From contig JAWMAR010000007.1 of NCBI GenBank assembly GCA_036785375.1, forward strand, positions 11,284,001 through 11,348,000: DNA of 64,000 bases. The letters run 5' to 3'. Numbering within the stretch: the stretch's first letter is position 1; the number at the start of each line of letters is the position of its first letter. The notes under the pieces were generated by a model, which was not told the origin of the DNA, made no database searches, and saw only the letters and a list, made by a program, of their open reading frames with translations. The DNA is from Leucoraja ocellata. Its lineage: Eukaryota. The position numbers and the translations under genes are program-made. Positions 1 through 13,735 of the stretch are shown here, piece by piece.

Positions 1-398
1 CAGAGATGGATAGATTCATGGTTAGTACGGGTGTCAGAGGTTATGGGGAGAAGGCAGGAGAATGGGGTTAGGAGGGAGAGATAGATCAGCCATGATTGAA
101 TGGCGGAGTAGACTTGATGAGCTGAATAGCCTAATTCTACTCCTATCACTTCTGATCTTCTGATCTATCTTTCCCTCTCAACCCCATTCTCCTGCCTTCT
201 CCCCATAACCCCATGTCATTGAAGTAGTCATCAGAAAAAGGCAGATAATTCCTCGTGGTGAGATGGTTGGTGCATTAGGAAGCAGACCTGAAAGCATGCA
301 TGAAATGTGCAGCACAGAGGAAAGACCCTGTGCTTTCTGCAGGAAATGGACTTCCATCTTTCTGTGATGGAAGAGGTCATAGAATGATAGAGTGATAA

Positions 399-678
399 GG
401 CCCTGTCCCACGTGGCGACTTTTTCAGCGACTGCCGGCGCCATATCAGCCAAAAGGTTTCTGTAATTTCAAAATCCAGCGGCGACAAAAAAGTGTCGCGA
501 CACTTGAAAAAACACCGTGGGTCATACGTCATCATGCCGCGTCACCGCCGCATTAAACCGCATCACCACCGCATCACGTCGCAAATTTTTCGGTAACCTG
601 ATACGTCAGTCAATCAGTTCGGTGACCTGATACGTCAGTTTCCAGCAGTCAGCGAAAAAATTGCCAAGTGGGACAGGG
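399..678. mobile_element. Non-autonomous DNA transposon (MITE), PIF/Harbinger-like
   Basis: TIR ggccctgtcccac...gtgggacaggg, preceded by TAA. Confidence 0.65.
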
Positions 679-3099
679 TAGAAACAGACCCTTCAGCTCA
701 ACTTGCCCACACCGGCCAATGTGTCCCAGCTATATTAGTCCCACATGCCCGCGTTTGGTCCATATCCCTCCAAACCTGTCCGATTCATGTACCTGTCTAA
801 CTGTTTCTTAAACATTGGAATAGTCCCTGCCTCAACTACCTCCTCTGGCATCTTGTTCCATACACCCACTGCCCTTTGTGTGAAAATCATGGCTCACTTC
901 CCTTCAAATCCTGCAGCCTCCACAGGTGCCCTGATACGGATCTTGTCTCAAAACATGTGCCATCCCTCTGTCTCCACTGTTGCTGACTGACCCATTGAGT
1001 TGTTCCAACAAAAGAAAACTGCTGGAGGAACGCAGTGTTCAGATACTATCTGTGGAGGGAAATGGACAGAAATCTTGTTTTGTTTGGTGCAATGTCTGGC
1101 CTTTTAAAAAAATTCAAAAATAAACTATATTCATAAAAATACCTGTTCAAGAAATGCAAAGCAGTGCATGGCTTTCTTTACATTAATACTGTCATTCAAT
1201 CTATACATTCCTGGTGTCATAAGAACAAAATGCTGGAGTAACTCAGTGAGTCAGGCAGCACCTCTGGAGAAAAGGAGTTAGATGAAGGGTCTTGACCCAA
1301 AACGTCACCCATTCCTTTTCTCCAGAGAGGCCACCAGTTCTGATGAGTTACTCCAGCATTTTGTGTCTATCTTTGGTGTAAACCTGCATCTCCGGTTCCT
1401 TCCTACATGTTCCTGGTGTAATTTCTTGTACATTTCTTGCACAGATGCCATTCAGGTGACCTCAATGAACAGTACACCATTTTAGTGCTTATCACACAAC
1501 ACCCAACCCCTCAGTGTCCAGTAGTGGCAGAATGCTAGGCTGCAGTCCATCCCCACAGGGCCTTTGAATTGGCTGCACCAAGTTTCAGTGAATCTCTCGG
1601 CATGTACACCTGCAGCCCAGAAGGTGCCAGTTGGCAGCATTCCCATAGGGATATCTCTTTCTACTGGAAGGTCAAAACTGTTTCTGGCAGACTGAAGTGC
1701 ATCTTTCACTGAGCTGATGATCTTGCAGCTGCATTTACTGCCTAGTCTTGGCACAGCCCGTTGATCAGGGAGCCCAGCGTTATGCACCTTCTCGGGATGA
1801 ACCTCAACAAACACCCTTGGAGGGTGTTTCCAGGTGTTCTTTGCAAACAAACCATCCACAAAGAGGTGGGCATTCAGCTTGTCCTCATTGTGACCATACT
1901 GAAGGCAATGGCAATGGCGATCAGACAATCCGCTAGATTGTTTTGACAGCCTGCTCAGGAACCATCCCTGAAGATCCATGTGGGAAGGAACTACAGATGT
2001 TGGATTACACCCGAGATACAAAATGCTGGAAAAACTTTGCGGGACAGGCAGCATCTCTAGAGTGAAGGAATGGGTGACGTTTCGAGTCGAGATCCGTCTG
2101 AAGAAAGGTCTCAACACGAAATGTCACCCATTCTTTCTCTCCAGAGATGCTGCCTGTCCCGTTGAGTTACCCCAGCATTATGTCTCTATCCCTTAGGATC
2201 CCTGGTGTCCTTCTCGCGGAGTGCCTGGGAGACATTACGCACTGACGTCAGCCTGATGAACTCTTTTGAATCAACATTTGGAAGTTGTCAAATGAAAAGA
2301 TGGGTAATAGCTCAGGAGGTGCTGAAGATTAGCAATATTAACAAGGGCACTTACCGTGATACTATGAGAGGCACAGGTAGGGTAGATTGTTGGCACTTTT
2401 ATTCACACCGTAGAATGTCAAAGATTAGAAGGCACAGCTATAAGTTAACGGGGGCAAATTGTTAAGGAGATGTGGGGGTTAAGGTTTTTATACAAAGAGA
2501 GATGAGTGCCTGGAACACACTGCGGTGGCAGAGGCTTGTTTAAGAGGTGTTGTTCAAGAGGCTTTTGGATAGGCAATGGATACTGAAGGAATGGGGGGGA
2601 TATGGATCATGTGCAGTCAGATGCGATTAATTTATCATGACATCAACATGCAGCAAGGACATTGTGAGTTATACTGTTCTATATGTTATGTCCTATTGTA
2701 ATTTCCATATAGTTAGCAAGAAAAAAAAGTAGATCAAAAATGAGATCTACTATATTTCATCCTTATCAAGTTCATATCTACTTTCTTTTAGAAAACAAAT
2801 ACAATAAAATTATTTACTGGATGAAGTCTAAAAACATTATCTTCTGTTTTAGAATAATGCCATGCATTGATCCATTGACTGATGCAGCAATCATTTTGTA
2901 GCCACTGGTCTGTTTGAAGTTGAATGTTCAAAGATTTTACTGTATTAATTGCTGCGTGTTTATCATTGGTGTTCCTTTCATTGCACATTGAAACACGTCA
3001 AACCTAAGTGCAATGAGGAGACCTGTTCATATCATTCATTCTGAAATAGATTAGCAATGTGTAGTTGGGGCAGTGGTACCTAACTTGTTTGGGGCAGTA

Positions 3100-3850
3100 C
3101 AGTGGCACAATGATATAGGGCTGCAGCCTCACAGCACCAGAGACCTGGGTTCGATCCTGATTACAGGCATCGCCTGTGCGGAGCTTGTACGTTCTCCCTG
3201 TGACCACGTGGGATTTTTCCTGATGCTCTGGTTTCCTCCCACATTCCAAATATATGCTGTTTTTTAGGTTAATTTTGTACATTGTCCCTATTGTGTAGGA
3301 TGTGAAAGTGGGATAAAGAATGGATCGACTGGGATTCACTGGAATTTAGAAGGATGAGAGGTATCTTATAGAATTCTTAAAGGATTGGACAGGCTAGATG
3401 CAGGAAAAATGTTCCCGATGTTGGTGGAGTCCAGAACCAGGGGTCACAGTTTAGGAATAAGGGGTAGGCCATTTAGGACTGAGATGAGGAAAAACTTTTT
3501 CACCTAGAGAATTGTGAATCTGTGGAATTCGCTGCCACAGAAAGCAGTGGAGGCCAATTCACTGGATATTTAGATATCCACAAGAAAGAGTTAGATATAG
3601 CTCTTAGGGCTGATGGAATCAAGGGATATGGGGAGAAAGCAGGAATGGGATACTGATTTTGGATGATCAGCCATGATCATATTGAATGGTGGTGCTGGCT
3701 CGAAGGGCCGAATAGGCTACTCCTGCACCTATTTTCTATGGTCCTATGTAACATAGAACTAGTGCTCGTGTGATCGATGGTTGGCATGGACTCGGTGGAC
3801 CAAAGTGCTGTCTTTCATACTCTACCTCTAAACTAAACTAAACTAAACCA
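3100..3850 (+). mobile_element. V-SINE interrupted by a CR1 3' fragment (about 3325-3750)
   Basis: SINE head at 3100-3320, CR1 tail, then SINE 3' end with (aaact)n at 3830-3850. Confidence 0.75.
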
Positions 3851-3909
3851 TAAAAACTAAAGGTAACTAAAATAAAATCCATCTCAGTAATGTTTTTTTT
3901 TATTCACAG

Positions 3910-4232
3910 TTGAACATTTACCACGGGGCTCGGGCAGTGCAGAGGACATCAAGAATAAGTACATGAAGAAGATTAAAAGCATCTTTGACCGGGACAGGTT
4001 TAAGCAAGTTGAGATGCATAACATACAGGACCAAATTTACAATCAATACAGCCACAACAAGCCAAGAGCTGGTCATGAATTTGCCAGGCGTGGCTCCTCA
4101 ATGCGACCTGCTCATCCAAAACTTCCCCGACCAAAACCAAGCCGGAAACATTTCTTATATAGTGAACTGTGCTGTGTAAATGGGTGTACCAAAGCCGTGT
4201 TCCGCAATGAACTTTGCTTCTGGGCAAAGTGA
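3910..4232 (+). CDS. Relaxin/insulin-superfamily preprohormone gene 1, exon 2 (C-peptide + A chain); exon 1 not found in the window
   Basis: Polypyrimidine tract with cacAG acceptor at 3908-3909 and phase-1 entry. Open frame EHLPRGSGSAEDIKNKYMKK...KPSRKHFLYSELCCVNGCTKAVFRNELCFWAK*. A-chain motif CC-X3-C-X9-C follows a basic site; AATAAA at 4803 and 4844. Confidence 0.85.
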
Positions 4233-4277
4233 TGCTCAATCTATCTCTATGTTTCTGGTGTATGCTGTACATGTGAA

Positions 4278-4465
4278 GCACAACGCACTGCTGGAGTGAC
4301 TCAGCGGGTCAGGCAGCATCTCTAGAGGACATGAATTGCCGATGTTTCTGTTCTGAAGATGGGTACCAACCTGAAACGTCGCCTATCCATGCCCACCAGA
4401 GACCCGCCGAGTCACTCCAACACCTTGTGTTTTTGCTCAAGATTTCAGCATCTGCAGTTCCTTGT
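4278..4465. repeat. Palindromic Penelope-derived repeat with hammerhead-like core (representative copy)
   Basis: tgctggagtgactcagcgggtc...gacccgccgagtcactccaaca. Other copies at about 1220, 1980, 10155, 14605, 33003, 53910 and 58545. Confidence 0.7.
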
Positions 4466-7262
4466 TTTTTTTCGTGTGGAAGCAGAAACAGTCAAGTTGG
4501 ACATGCTTTTGACAAGGACTTCAATTTTGGGAATCCAACGGCAGCAGATTCTTCAGGATTTTCTATCCATAAATTCACATTGTTCATGCCTTGTGCACCA
4601 ACATTCCCACAACGTGTGCTCGTGGGGAAAACTACCATGTGCCAATTGATTGTGTTGCTTCCAATATGCACTACAGAACAAGTGTAACGATTCAACAATG
4701 TCAATGATTCAAAATCACTGTAGTAAAGTTCCAAATGTGATATCACAATGGCAACTCCAGTACTTCTGCATCTTTTTATTTTCAAAAGCAAATCATTCAA
4801 AAAATAAACAGCAATTGTCAAAAACAAAATGGAAAATAACTGCAATAAACAATGAGCTGGAAGAATTCAACGGGTCGAGCAGCATACGTTGGGGTGAAGG
4901 AATTTTTGACGTATTGGGTTAAAACCCTGCATCTGGACATAGTATAATCATTTCAACAGGTTTTGACCTGAAACTTCAACAGTTCCTTCTCTTCACCCTC
5001 CACCCCTTCCCCAACTCCACCCCAATGATACTACTCAATCTGTTGAGTTCCTCTGATAGACTGCTTTGGTGCTCCACCTTCCAGCACCTGCATACCTCTT
5101 ATGTCTCCAGAAGATAAATTGCACTTGTAAGCTCTGGCCAGATTAGCTCGATGGTAATTAGGGCATCTAGTGTTGATCAATTCAGAGGGGGGAGGATTAC
5201 AGCTATTTATCTAAGTAGGGTTCACCCCATTACCGCGTTGCAGCCAGTCATTCGGGGGTAGTGTCAAAGTTACAGGGCATGACGCTGCCTGAGGTTTTCT
5301 GAAGGAAACTAAACTATCAATGTAATTTTAGGTACTCAAAAAAGCTGGAGAAACTCAGCGGGTGCAGCAGCATCTATGGAGTGAAGGAAAAAGGCAACGT
5401 TTCGGGCAGAAACCCTTCTTCAAACTTTTACCTTTTTTTACCTTTAGCTCTGGGCTATCATCACCCCAGGCGTTTTCCTTGTTCAACTAATATTTGGCAG
5501 ATATACTGGAAATTAGATTAAGATCTCGAATATGATACGATCATACAGAACAGAAACTGAACTCTCAGCCCACACTCTCCATGCCACACACTGAATTCTC
5601 TGCCACAGAAGACAGTGGTGGCCAATTCACTGAATGTATTCAAGAAAGAGTGAGATATAGCTCTTAGTGCTAACGGAATCAAGGGAAAAAGAATGAACAA
5701 GGCACTGAATCTGGATGATCAGCCATGATCATATTGTCTATTGTCTATTGAACTTGATGCTTATGTACACAAATACCATTTGCCCATATTAGCCCTGTAT
5801 CCTTTCAGCTTCTCCTAATCAATCACTTGTCCAAATGCATTATTGTAGCTGCCTGTATGACCTCTTCTGATAGTTCATTCCATTTACCTCCTACCTCCAT
5901 GGGAAAAACCTATTCATCTGATCTCCTTTGAACTTCTCACCTCTCACCTTAAACTGTACTCTCAAATTCTAAGCTTCATTGTCCTGGGAAAAAGATTCTG
6001 ACTATCTATTCTAGCCATGTCTTTCATAATATAAATAATATGTTGTGATCTGTTTTGAAAGAGAGGATTAAGAGGCCGTTTCAAATCAGTCGGATAAAAT
6101 AACTAAAGTGGATGTCTGTAACAGTTTTCACTTTTCCAATTAAACAGGAAGAGAAACATTCTGACCAAGCTGCTGGATGGTGGCAGAATCACCAAAAGAC
6201 TCTTGTGTCATCTCTTGGGCTTGTGAGCTTTTGTTACAGGTTTATTGTAGAGATGGTATCGCCATCTGCTGAGCAATCTTGGTACGGAGATTGAAGACAC
6301 AAGGAACTTCAGAAGTTGGTTCACAAAAGAAGACACAGAGTGCTGGAGTAACTGAGCAGGTCAGGAAGCATCTCTGGAGAACATGGATACATGGATATAA
6401 CATTTCAGGTCGGGACTCTTCTTCCGTCTGAGATGAGGAATTCTGTTAGGACTGAGAAGAGGAAAAAAGTTTCAGCCAGAGAGTTGTGAGCCTGTGGAAT
6501 TCTCTGCTGCAGGAGACAGTGGAGGTCAATTCACTGGATGTATTCAAGAGAGAGTTAGATATAGCTCTTAGTGCTAATGGAAACGAGGGATATGGGGAAA
6601 AAGCATGAATAAGGTATTGATTCTGGATGATCAGCCATGATCACATTGAATGGCGATGCTGGCTTGAAGGGCCGAATGGCCTCTTCCTGCACCTACTTTC
6701 TATGTATCTATGTTTCTATGACTTGAAACATCACCTATCGATGTTCTACATAGATGGTCAGTGACCCGCTGAGTTACTCCAGCACAATCCAGTAAAATGA
6801 ACATTGATGCTCATTAGGGTGCGAAAGCATCAAAACAGCACTCTTCCCATCTCTAGCCCAAGGAATCCTAAACTGACAATTACCTCTCCTTAAATTGTAT
6901 CTTTGTCATAATGAAGGAGTTTCACAGGAGGATTGTTCAGCGATAGTAGGGTCTTTAATGAGGTATTACGGCTAATGATCAAAGGCTGAATAGGTGTTTA
7001 AGAAGGAACTGCAGATGCTGAAAAATCGAAGGTACACAAAAATGCTGGAGAAACTCAGCGGGTGCAGCGAAGGAAATAGGCAACGTTTTGGGCCGAAACC
7101 CTTCTTCAGAATAGGTATTTTTTCGGAACATTTTGATGTTAGAAAAAGATGAGTGTTCAATTATGAGACGAAAGGTAAAATGTTGTCTGAACATTCTTAG
7201 TTTATGACAGTGTCTAACCAGGCACCTTTATTATTTAATGGCATAACCATCACCAAGATTAT

Positions 7263-7585
7263 GGCGGCACAGCGGCGCAACGGTAGAGTTGCTGCCTTAC
7301 AGCGCCAAAGACCCGGGTTCGATCCTGACTACGGATGCTGTCTGTATGGAGTTTGTACTTTTTCCCCATGACCCGCGTGGGTTTTCCCCCGGTGCTCCAG
7401 TTTCTTCCCACACTCCAAAGATGTCCAAGTTTATAGGTTAATTGGTTTGGTCAAATTGTAAATTGTCCCTTGTGTGTGTAGAATAGTGTTAGTGTGCGGG
7501 GATCATTGGTTGGCTTGAAATTCAGTGGGCCGAAAGACCTGTTTATACAATGTATCTCTGAACTAAAAACTGAACTAAACTAAAA
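7263..7585 (+). mobile_element. tRNA-derived V-SINE (HE1-like), representative copy
   Basis: tRNA-like head ggcgcaacggtagagttgctgcc...gggttcgatcc, V-domain ggagtttgtac..cgtgggttt, (aaact)n tail. Other copies at about 9696, 11148, 12566, 16330(-), 19885(-), 21862, 22385, 23447, 23755, 24120(-), 24487, 32585(-), 34345 and 63170(-). Confidence 0.85.
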
Positions 7586-7897
7586 TTCAGTCCAATGCTC
7601 AAATTTAGGCCCATCCATTGTCACAAAAAGTTATATGGCAGTGGAACAGACAGCAATGAAGAGATTCCTAGTTTTAGGTACGTAATGTGACAATATTATG
7701 ATCAATTGGAGAGGGTTTTTGATTGACTGGAAGGAAGTGGAGGTAAATTGATTGTATTGACAGTTTCAGTGGGCGGCCTTGTTCTACATAATTGTGAACC
7801 ATTGCAGAAAACGTCCTGGACTCTCTGCAACCCACACTCATATCTAGAAAAGTTCTCCTCTTGAAACCTACCCAGTGATATATGCCCAAGATCCTCA

Positions 7898-8528
7898 GGG
7901 GCCTATCCCTCTTGGGTGATTTTGTAGGCGACTACAGACGACTAGGCTGTTGCCACATGCTCGCCGGGGTGTCGCCTCTATGGTCGTGAGTCATCTACTC
8001 AGTTGCCCAAAGAAGTGTAGCGTTTTTCTGGTCGCCGCTGGATTTTGACATGTTCAAAACTTATCGGCAACAGTCGGCGACAGTTGGCTAGACGTCAATG
8101 AGAGTAACTTGACATCTCTTGATGTAGGTTGTCGACAGGATGACACAGATTGTCGCCGGGTGACGTAGGTTGTCGCCGGGTGCTGATTTCGGTGAATTCC
8201 ATTGGCGACTACCTACGTCAACCTACGTCAACCAGCAACAGGTACCGGCGACTGAATTGTCTTCAGTTGTCGCCGACAGTGTCGTACCTGGTCGTAGCTC
8301 GTCACAGGTGGATGTAGGTTGTTGTAGGTGTGGGTGTAGGTGGACGTCCTAATGGGTTGCCGGCTGTCGGTGGCTTGCCATAGCTTGACGTCGTCTAGGA
8401 GGTAGGTTGTTGTAGACATTGTCATAGACATTGTCATTTGGGTCCAGTCGGTGGTTTTTGGCGACCTGCTACGACTGTGACAGTCACTGGCAGTCGCTGA
8501 AACATATCGCCTAAGTGGGACGGGCCCA
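7898..8528. mobile_element. Harbinger-like MITE (same family as 59304-59966, opposite orientation)
   Basis: TIRs gggcctatccc..ctt / aagtgggacgggccc; body rich in GTCG/GTAG. Confidence 0.7.
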
Positions 8529-11500
8529 TGTCAATTCACTGTCTCACAGCTCAGGTTTCCTTGGGATGAGGGTTTCCTCCCTCATCCCATGGACATGTGG
8601 GTTGGTAAGTGAATTGGCCACTGCAATGCAGATGTAAGACATAGAATCTGAAGGGAGTTGAAACGAATGTGGGGACAAAATAAAGTGATTAGTGTAGGAT
8701 TAGTGCAAATGGGTGGTTGATGGTTGACGTTGACTTGGTGGGCTGAAGGGCCTGTTTCCGCGCTTTGTGGCTGATGCTATGTCTCTGTCATTCCATGTTC
8801 TCTGTGTGTTACAGCTGGATACTCTCAGAAAGGGAACTTTAGGAATGTCCTGTCACAAAATCTAAGTGGTGTCACCAACCTGGAACAAGCTGCCAGAGGA
8901 GGTAGTCGAGGCAGGGTCCATCCCAACATTTAAGGAACAGTTAGACAGGTTTGGTGGGACTAGTGTAGCCGGGACATGTGGGCAAGTTGGGCCGAAGGGC
9001 CTGATCCACACTGTATCACTCTATGACTCAATTACTCCGTGACACCATGTGCGGAGATCACAGGAAGAGTAAGTGAACCAATCATAAGAATAGGAGTGCA
9101 GCACAATGCCTTCCTCTCCCCTAGTCAGGGTGACGTTAAATGGGTGATCTTTGAAGCAACTGGATCAATGGAAAGATAATCTAATCACATTCAGGTATGA
9201 GATGGTCAATAACGTGGTTCAAAGTCTTCAGAAAATGGTCAGGGGTGGGATGGGGTTATTTTCCTCCGTTTTCCTGCCTTGTGTTGCAATAACTGACTGA
9301 GTTTAACTAACTCAACACTGACCTAAGATTGAACCCTGAATATGGTGTCTTAATCTAGCATTTACATATTTTGCCATTGGGAAACTGTTAACAAGCTCTG
9401 ACATTTTCTATTCATTGGACACCGAGAGGCTTTTCTTGTGCAGCACCCAAAGCACTAATGTTAATGAAGACAAAATGGTAACTGTTTTCAGTCTGTCGAT
9501 CATACAGATCTTATCACATATTTAACCCAAAGCAACGGAGGATATTTTGGTATGGATGGTCAATGATGGAGAGATCTCCAAAATGAGGAGGACTTTTTGA
9601 ATGGAGGGACAATATTTTTATAACTTTGGCATTGCACTGTCTTGTCATCTTTTCATAGAGGTTAGCGACTGCAGGGGACAGCAACAGCTGACGGGTGCCA
9701 CAGTAGCGCAACGGTAGAGTTGCTGCCTTACAACGCCAGAGACCCAGGTTCGATCCTGACAATGGGTGCTACCTGTCAGGAGTTTGCACGTTCTCCCTGT
9801 AACTGCGTGGGTTTTCTTCCGGTGCTCCAGTTCCTTCCCACATTCCAAAGACGTGCAGGTTTGTAGTTCAATTGGCTTCTGTAAAATTGCATTGGTTGAT
9901 GTATTTTTGAGAAAGATTCTATCAGCAGTCACTGTGCTCTGAATGAATGTAGGCGTGGTATGGTGGAGGAGCAGAAGGATTTACTGCACGGGTTCACACT
10001 TTAAAAGCTGCAATACAGGCTAACTAACAGTAAATAAAATTGATACATTTCAAGATACAGTCAATATAAAATAAAGAGATAATAAAAAATCTACGGGAAA
10101 TCTTACTGTGACTGCAGCCAGAGTGTTGGTGATCATAATTGAGTATTTTGTAGAAAGGAACGGCTGATGCTGGTTACTGAAGATATACACAAAGTGCTGG
10201 AGTAACTCAGTGGGTCAGGCAGCATCTCTGGAGAAAAAGCATGGGTGATGTTTCGAGATGCTGCCTGACCCACTGAGTTACTCCAGCACTTTGTGTCTAT
10301 ATTTGTGTGTCGTGTTCAGTTTCGGTCACCCTGCTTTAGTTGTTGTTAAGTTGGAAAGAGTGCAGAGAAGATTTACAATGATTCTGTCAGGACGTGAGAC
10401 GTTGGGCAAGGGAGGACATTATTCCTTGAGGATGAGGGGTGTTCGGGTAGAGGTGTATATGATCATGAGAGGAATAGATAGGGTAACAGCGTATTTTACC
10501 CAGAGTAGGGGAATGAAGAACCAGGAGTCATATGTTGAAGTAGATAGTGGAACTTGAGGGGCAACTTTTTCACACAGAGGGTGGTGAGTATATGGAACAA
10601 ACCGTCAGAGGAGGTAACCGAGGCAGGTATTATATAATTTCAAAGACATTTGATCAGGTACGTGGATAGGAAAGGTTTAGAGGGATCAGTGCCTAATGTG
10701 GCCAAATGGGAATAGTATAGATTAGGCATCTTGGTTGGCATTGGTAAGTTGGGCTGAAGGGCCTGTTTCCATGGCTTATGACTCTATGAGTCTATGACCA
10801 GTGGACAGTCTTTGAAAGGCATGAAAAGTTATGGATTCAGGATGTCTGAAATAAAAGCACAGAATACTGGCAATACCCATCTGTGGAGAGAGGGACAGGG
10901 TTAACAGTTCAATTTGTCTCAAAGTGCAAAAGTGGGAAGAAACACATGCTTTAACTCTCATGGTGTGAGAGAGGGCAGGGAGAGAACAGAGAAGTTATCT
11001 GTGAATGGTTTAAGTCCAAAGCTCCCCAGGCAAATCAGGTGCCTTCTGTGCCATCAAGTTATTAATAACTGATCTGCCTGAGGAACCTTAAATGGGAAGA
11101 AATGAATGAGAGGAATATAGACAACAACAGCGCACGGTGGCGCAACGGTAGAGTTGCTGCCTTACAGTGCCTGCAGCGCTAGACACCCGGGTTAGATCTT
11201 GACCACTGGTGCTGTCTGTACGGAGTTTGTACGTTCTCCCTGTGACCCCGTGGGTTTTCTCAGAGATCTTTGGTTTTCTCCCACACGCCAAAGACATACA
11301 GGCTAATTGGCTTGGTATAAAAATTTAAATTGTCCCTAGTGTGTGTAGGATAGTGTTAATATGCGTGGATCGCTGGACGGTACGGACTCGGTGGGCCGAA
11401 CGGCCAGTTTCCGTGCTGTACCTCTAAACTAAACAGCAAGCTGGAACTATGGGAGTGTGGGACACAGAATACAACAGTTACTAGCTATGTGAAAAAATAA

Positions 11501-12052
11501 CAAAATGGCCATAATGTATAACCTATCAGGCAACATCTGTGGAAGGGAGGAAAACTGAATGACTATACAGATGAAAGTGCAGATACTGGAATCTTGAACA
11601 GAAACAAAATGCTGGAAAAACTAAGTGTGTCGGGCCTAAGTGAATCACACAAACCAACCTCCCATCCACTAACTCCATTTACACTTCACGCTGCCTCGGC
11701 AAGGCCACCAGCATAACCAAGGACGAGTATCACCCCGATCACTCCCTCATCTCCCTTCTCCCATCAGGCAAGTGTGAAAACGTACACCTCCAGATTCAGG
11801 GACAGTGTTATCAGGTAACTGTATCATCCTATCAACTAGAGAGCGGTCCTGAACTCCAATTGACCACATTGGAGACCCTTGGACTATCTTTATTCAGACA
11901 TTACTGGACTTTATCTTGCACAAAATGTTACTTCCTTTCTCATGTATCTGTAAATTGTGGACGGTTTGTAATTATGCAAGTCTTTCCGCTGACTGGTTAG
12001 CACATAACAAAAAGCTTTTCACTGTACCTCAGTACATGTGACAATAAACTAA

Positions 12053-12125
12053 CCCAAACCAAACCAAACCAAACCAAACCAAACCAAACCAAATTAACTA
12101 AATTAAACTAAATTAAACTAAACTA
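12053..12125 (+). repeat. (AAACC)n / (AAATT/AAACT)n microsatellite at a LINE tail
   Basis: Direct repeats. Confidence 0.9.
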
Positions 12126-13199
12126 ATTGTCTTACTCTCCTCAACTCTCTTATTTAAAAGGATCCATACAAGTATCTGCTTAACAAAACTATTGGGCTTC
12201 TGTCCAAGTACCAGTTATATAGTTTAATATAACATTTGTTTGATAATCTTCCTGTGGAACATCTTGGAATGATTTATCATCTTAAAATCTCTAGAGTACT
12301 ATAAGTTTCTGCTTTCTTACAGTACGTACAGATGATAAATCACTTTCTTGGTTTACCGATGTCTTAGTATAATTAAATGTATTTTGCCCCAGTCAGCTGT
12401 TCAATGGATAGAATAACCCACACTGTCTAATATCATTAAGGATTGTTCAAATGCATGTTCAACAACTTTTCTGATTTAAATAAATATTCTATATTGTAGG
12501 GTTTTAACTATTTTGAGAAAATATTTCACTCTGCTGCTTTGAATTGAATATAATGAGGATCAAAGGGCGGAATGTGGCGCAGCGGTAGAGTTGCTACCTT
12601 ATAGCGTTTGCAGCAGCGGAGACCCAGGTTCGATTCCGACTACGGGTGCTGTCTGTACGGAGTTTGTACATTCTCCCCATGACTGCGTGGGTTTTCTCCA
12701 AGATCTGTTTCCTCCGACGTACAGGTTTGTAGGTTAATTGGCTTGATATAAGTGTAATTTGTTCCTAGCATATGTAGTATAGCGTTTTATGTGTGGGGAT
12801 CGCTGTTCAGTGTGGACTCAGTGGGCCGAAGGGCCTGTTTCCGTGCTGCATCTCTGAACTAAACTCAACTAAATTCTAGTACTCAGTTCTTAAAGTTACA
12901 GTTACCATTATCTACACGATTATATACACTACAGAGTGTATATGGTGGCGCAGATCTCATGTCTGACCATCTCATGATGAGGAAAAGTTGAACGTTTTCA
13001 CTATTATTTAATTAATTGGGATGAGAGTTAAGTTTATGTACAACTGAACAATCAGGTTTAAGATCAGTGAGGAAATCTTTAATTGGGGTGTGAGGGGCAG
13101 GTGTTTCACATAGGGTGGTGGGTATACAGAATGAGAAGCCAGAAGAGATGGGATTGGTGGGTATAATTCAAACATTCAAAGCTTGTTGGGACGATGAAA

Positions 13200-13735
13200 A
13201 AAATTATGGAAGTCGATGTAAGTGTGAGAGACATGTCCCCAACTTTAGAATTCCAAAAGTGAGAGCAAAAGGGACAACAGCAGCTAAAGTGCTTGGTAAA
13301 CATTGGCTGTGCAGATATCGGAATTGAAAATATTGGGAATTATCGCGTTTGCTCACTGCATTTCATCAATAGTAAGGCATTATTTGTGTTTTTTCTTGAT
13401 TCCTTTGGTATCTAAAAAGTCTCAGAAGTGATAAATCTGGCTGTAAATTTTTCTTCAGATGCGTTATCATTTTGCATGTAAAAACCCACTTGAGAACCAT
13501 GGGCGATTTAAAAACTTTTCAGCCAGATTTATCACTTCTGAAACTTTTTAGATGCCAAAGGAATCAAGAACAAACACAAATAATGCCTTAGTTGATGAAA
13601 TGCAGTGAGCAAACTAAGCACTCTGGCTGTTGTTGTCCCTTCAGCTCTTGCTTCTATCTACCGTCATTTCTCCTCACTTTTGGAATTCTGAAGTAGGCTA
13701 AATGTCTCACACGCTCATCCCAATTTCCATCATTA
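13200..13735. repeat. Long foldback inverted repeat
   Basis: Inner arms 13347-13451 and 13510-13614 are near-perfect reverse complements; outer arms at about 13222-13295 and 13615-13712. Confidence 0.85.

Noticed and set aside
1-212. Inverted repeat 38-88 / 163-212
   Set aside because: Two common CR1 3' tails in opposite orientation.
213-263. Possible remnant of gene 1 exon 1 (HVIEVVIRKRQIIPR, then G|GTGAGA, phase 1)
   Set aside because: No Cys, no LCG and no signal peptide; it is preceded directly by CR1 tails. The true exon 1 is more likely upstream of the window.
1482-2117. 211-aa minus-strand ORF
   Set aside because: It starts in a palindromic repeat and continues in what looks like degenerate LINE sequence; no host-gene features.
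8170-8352. ORF with GCCRCGC motif
   Set aside because: It lies within a low-complexity MITE body.
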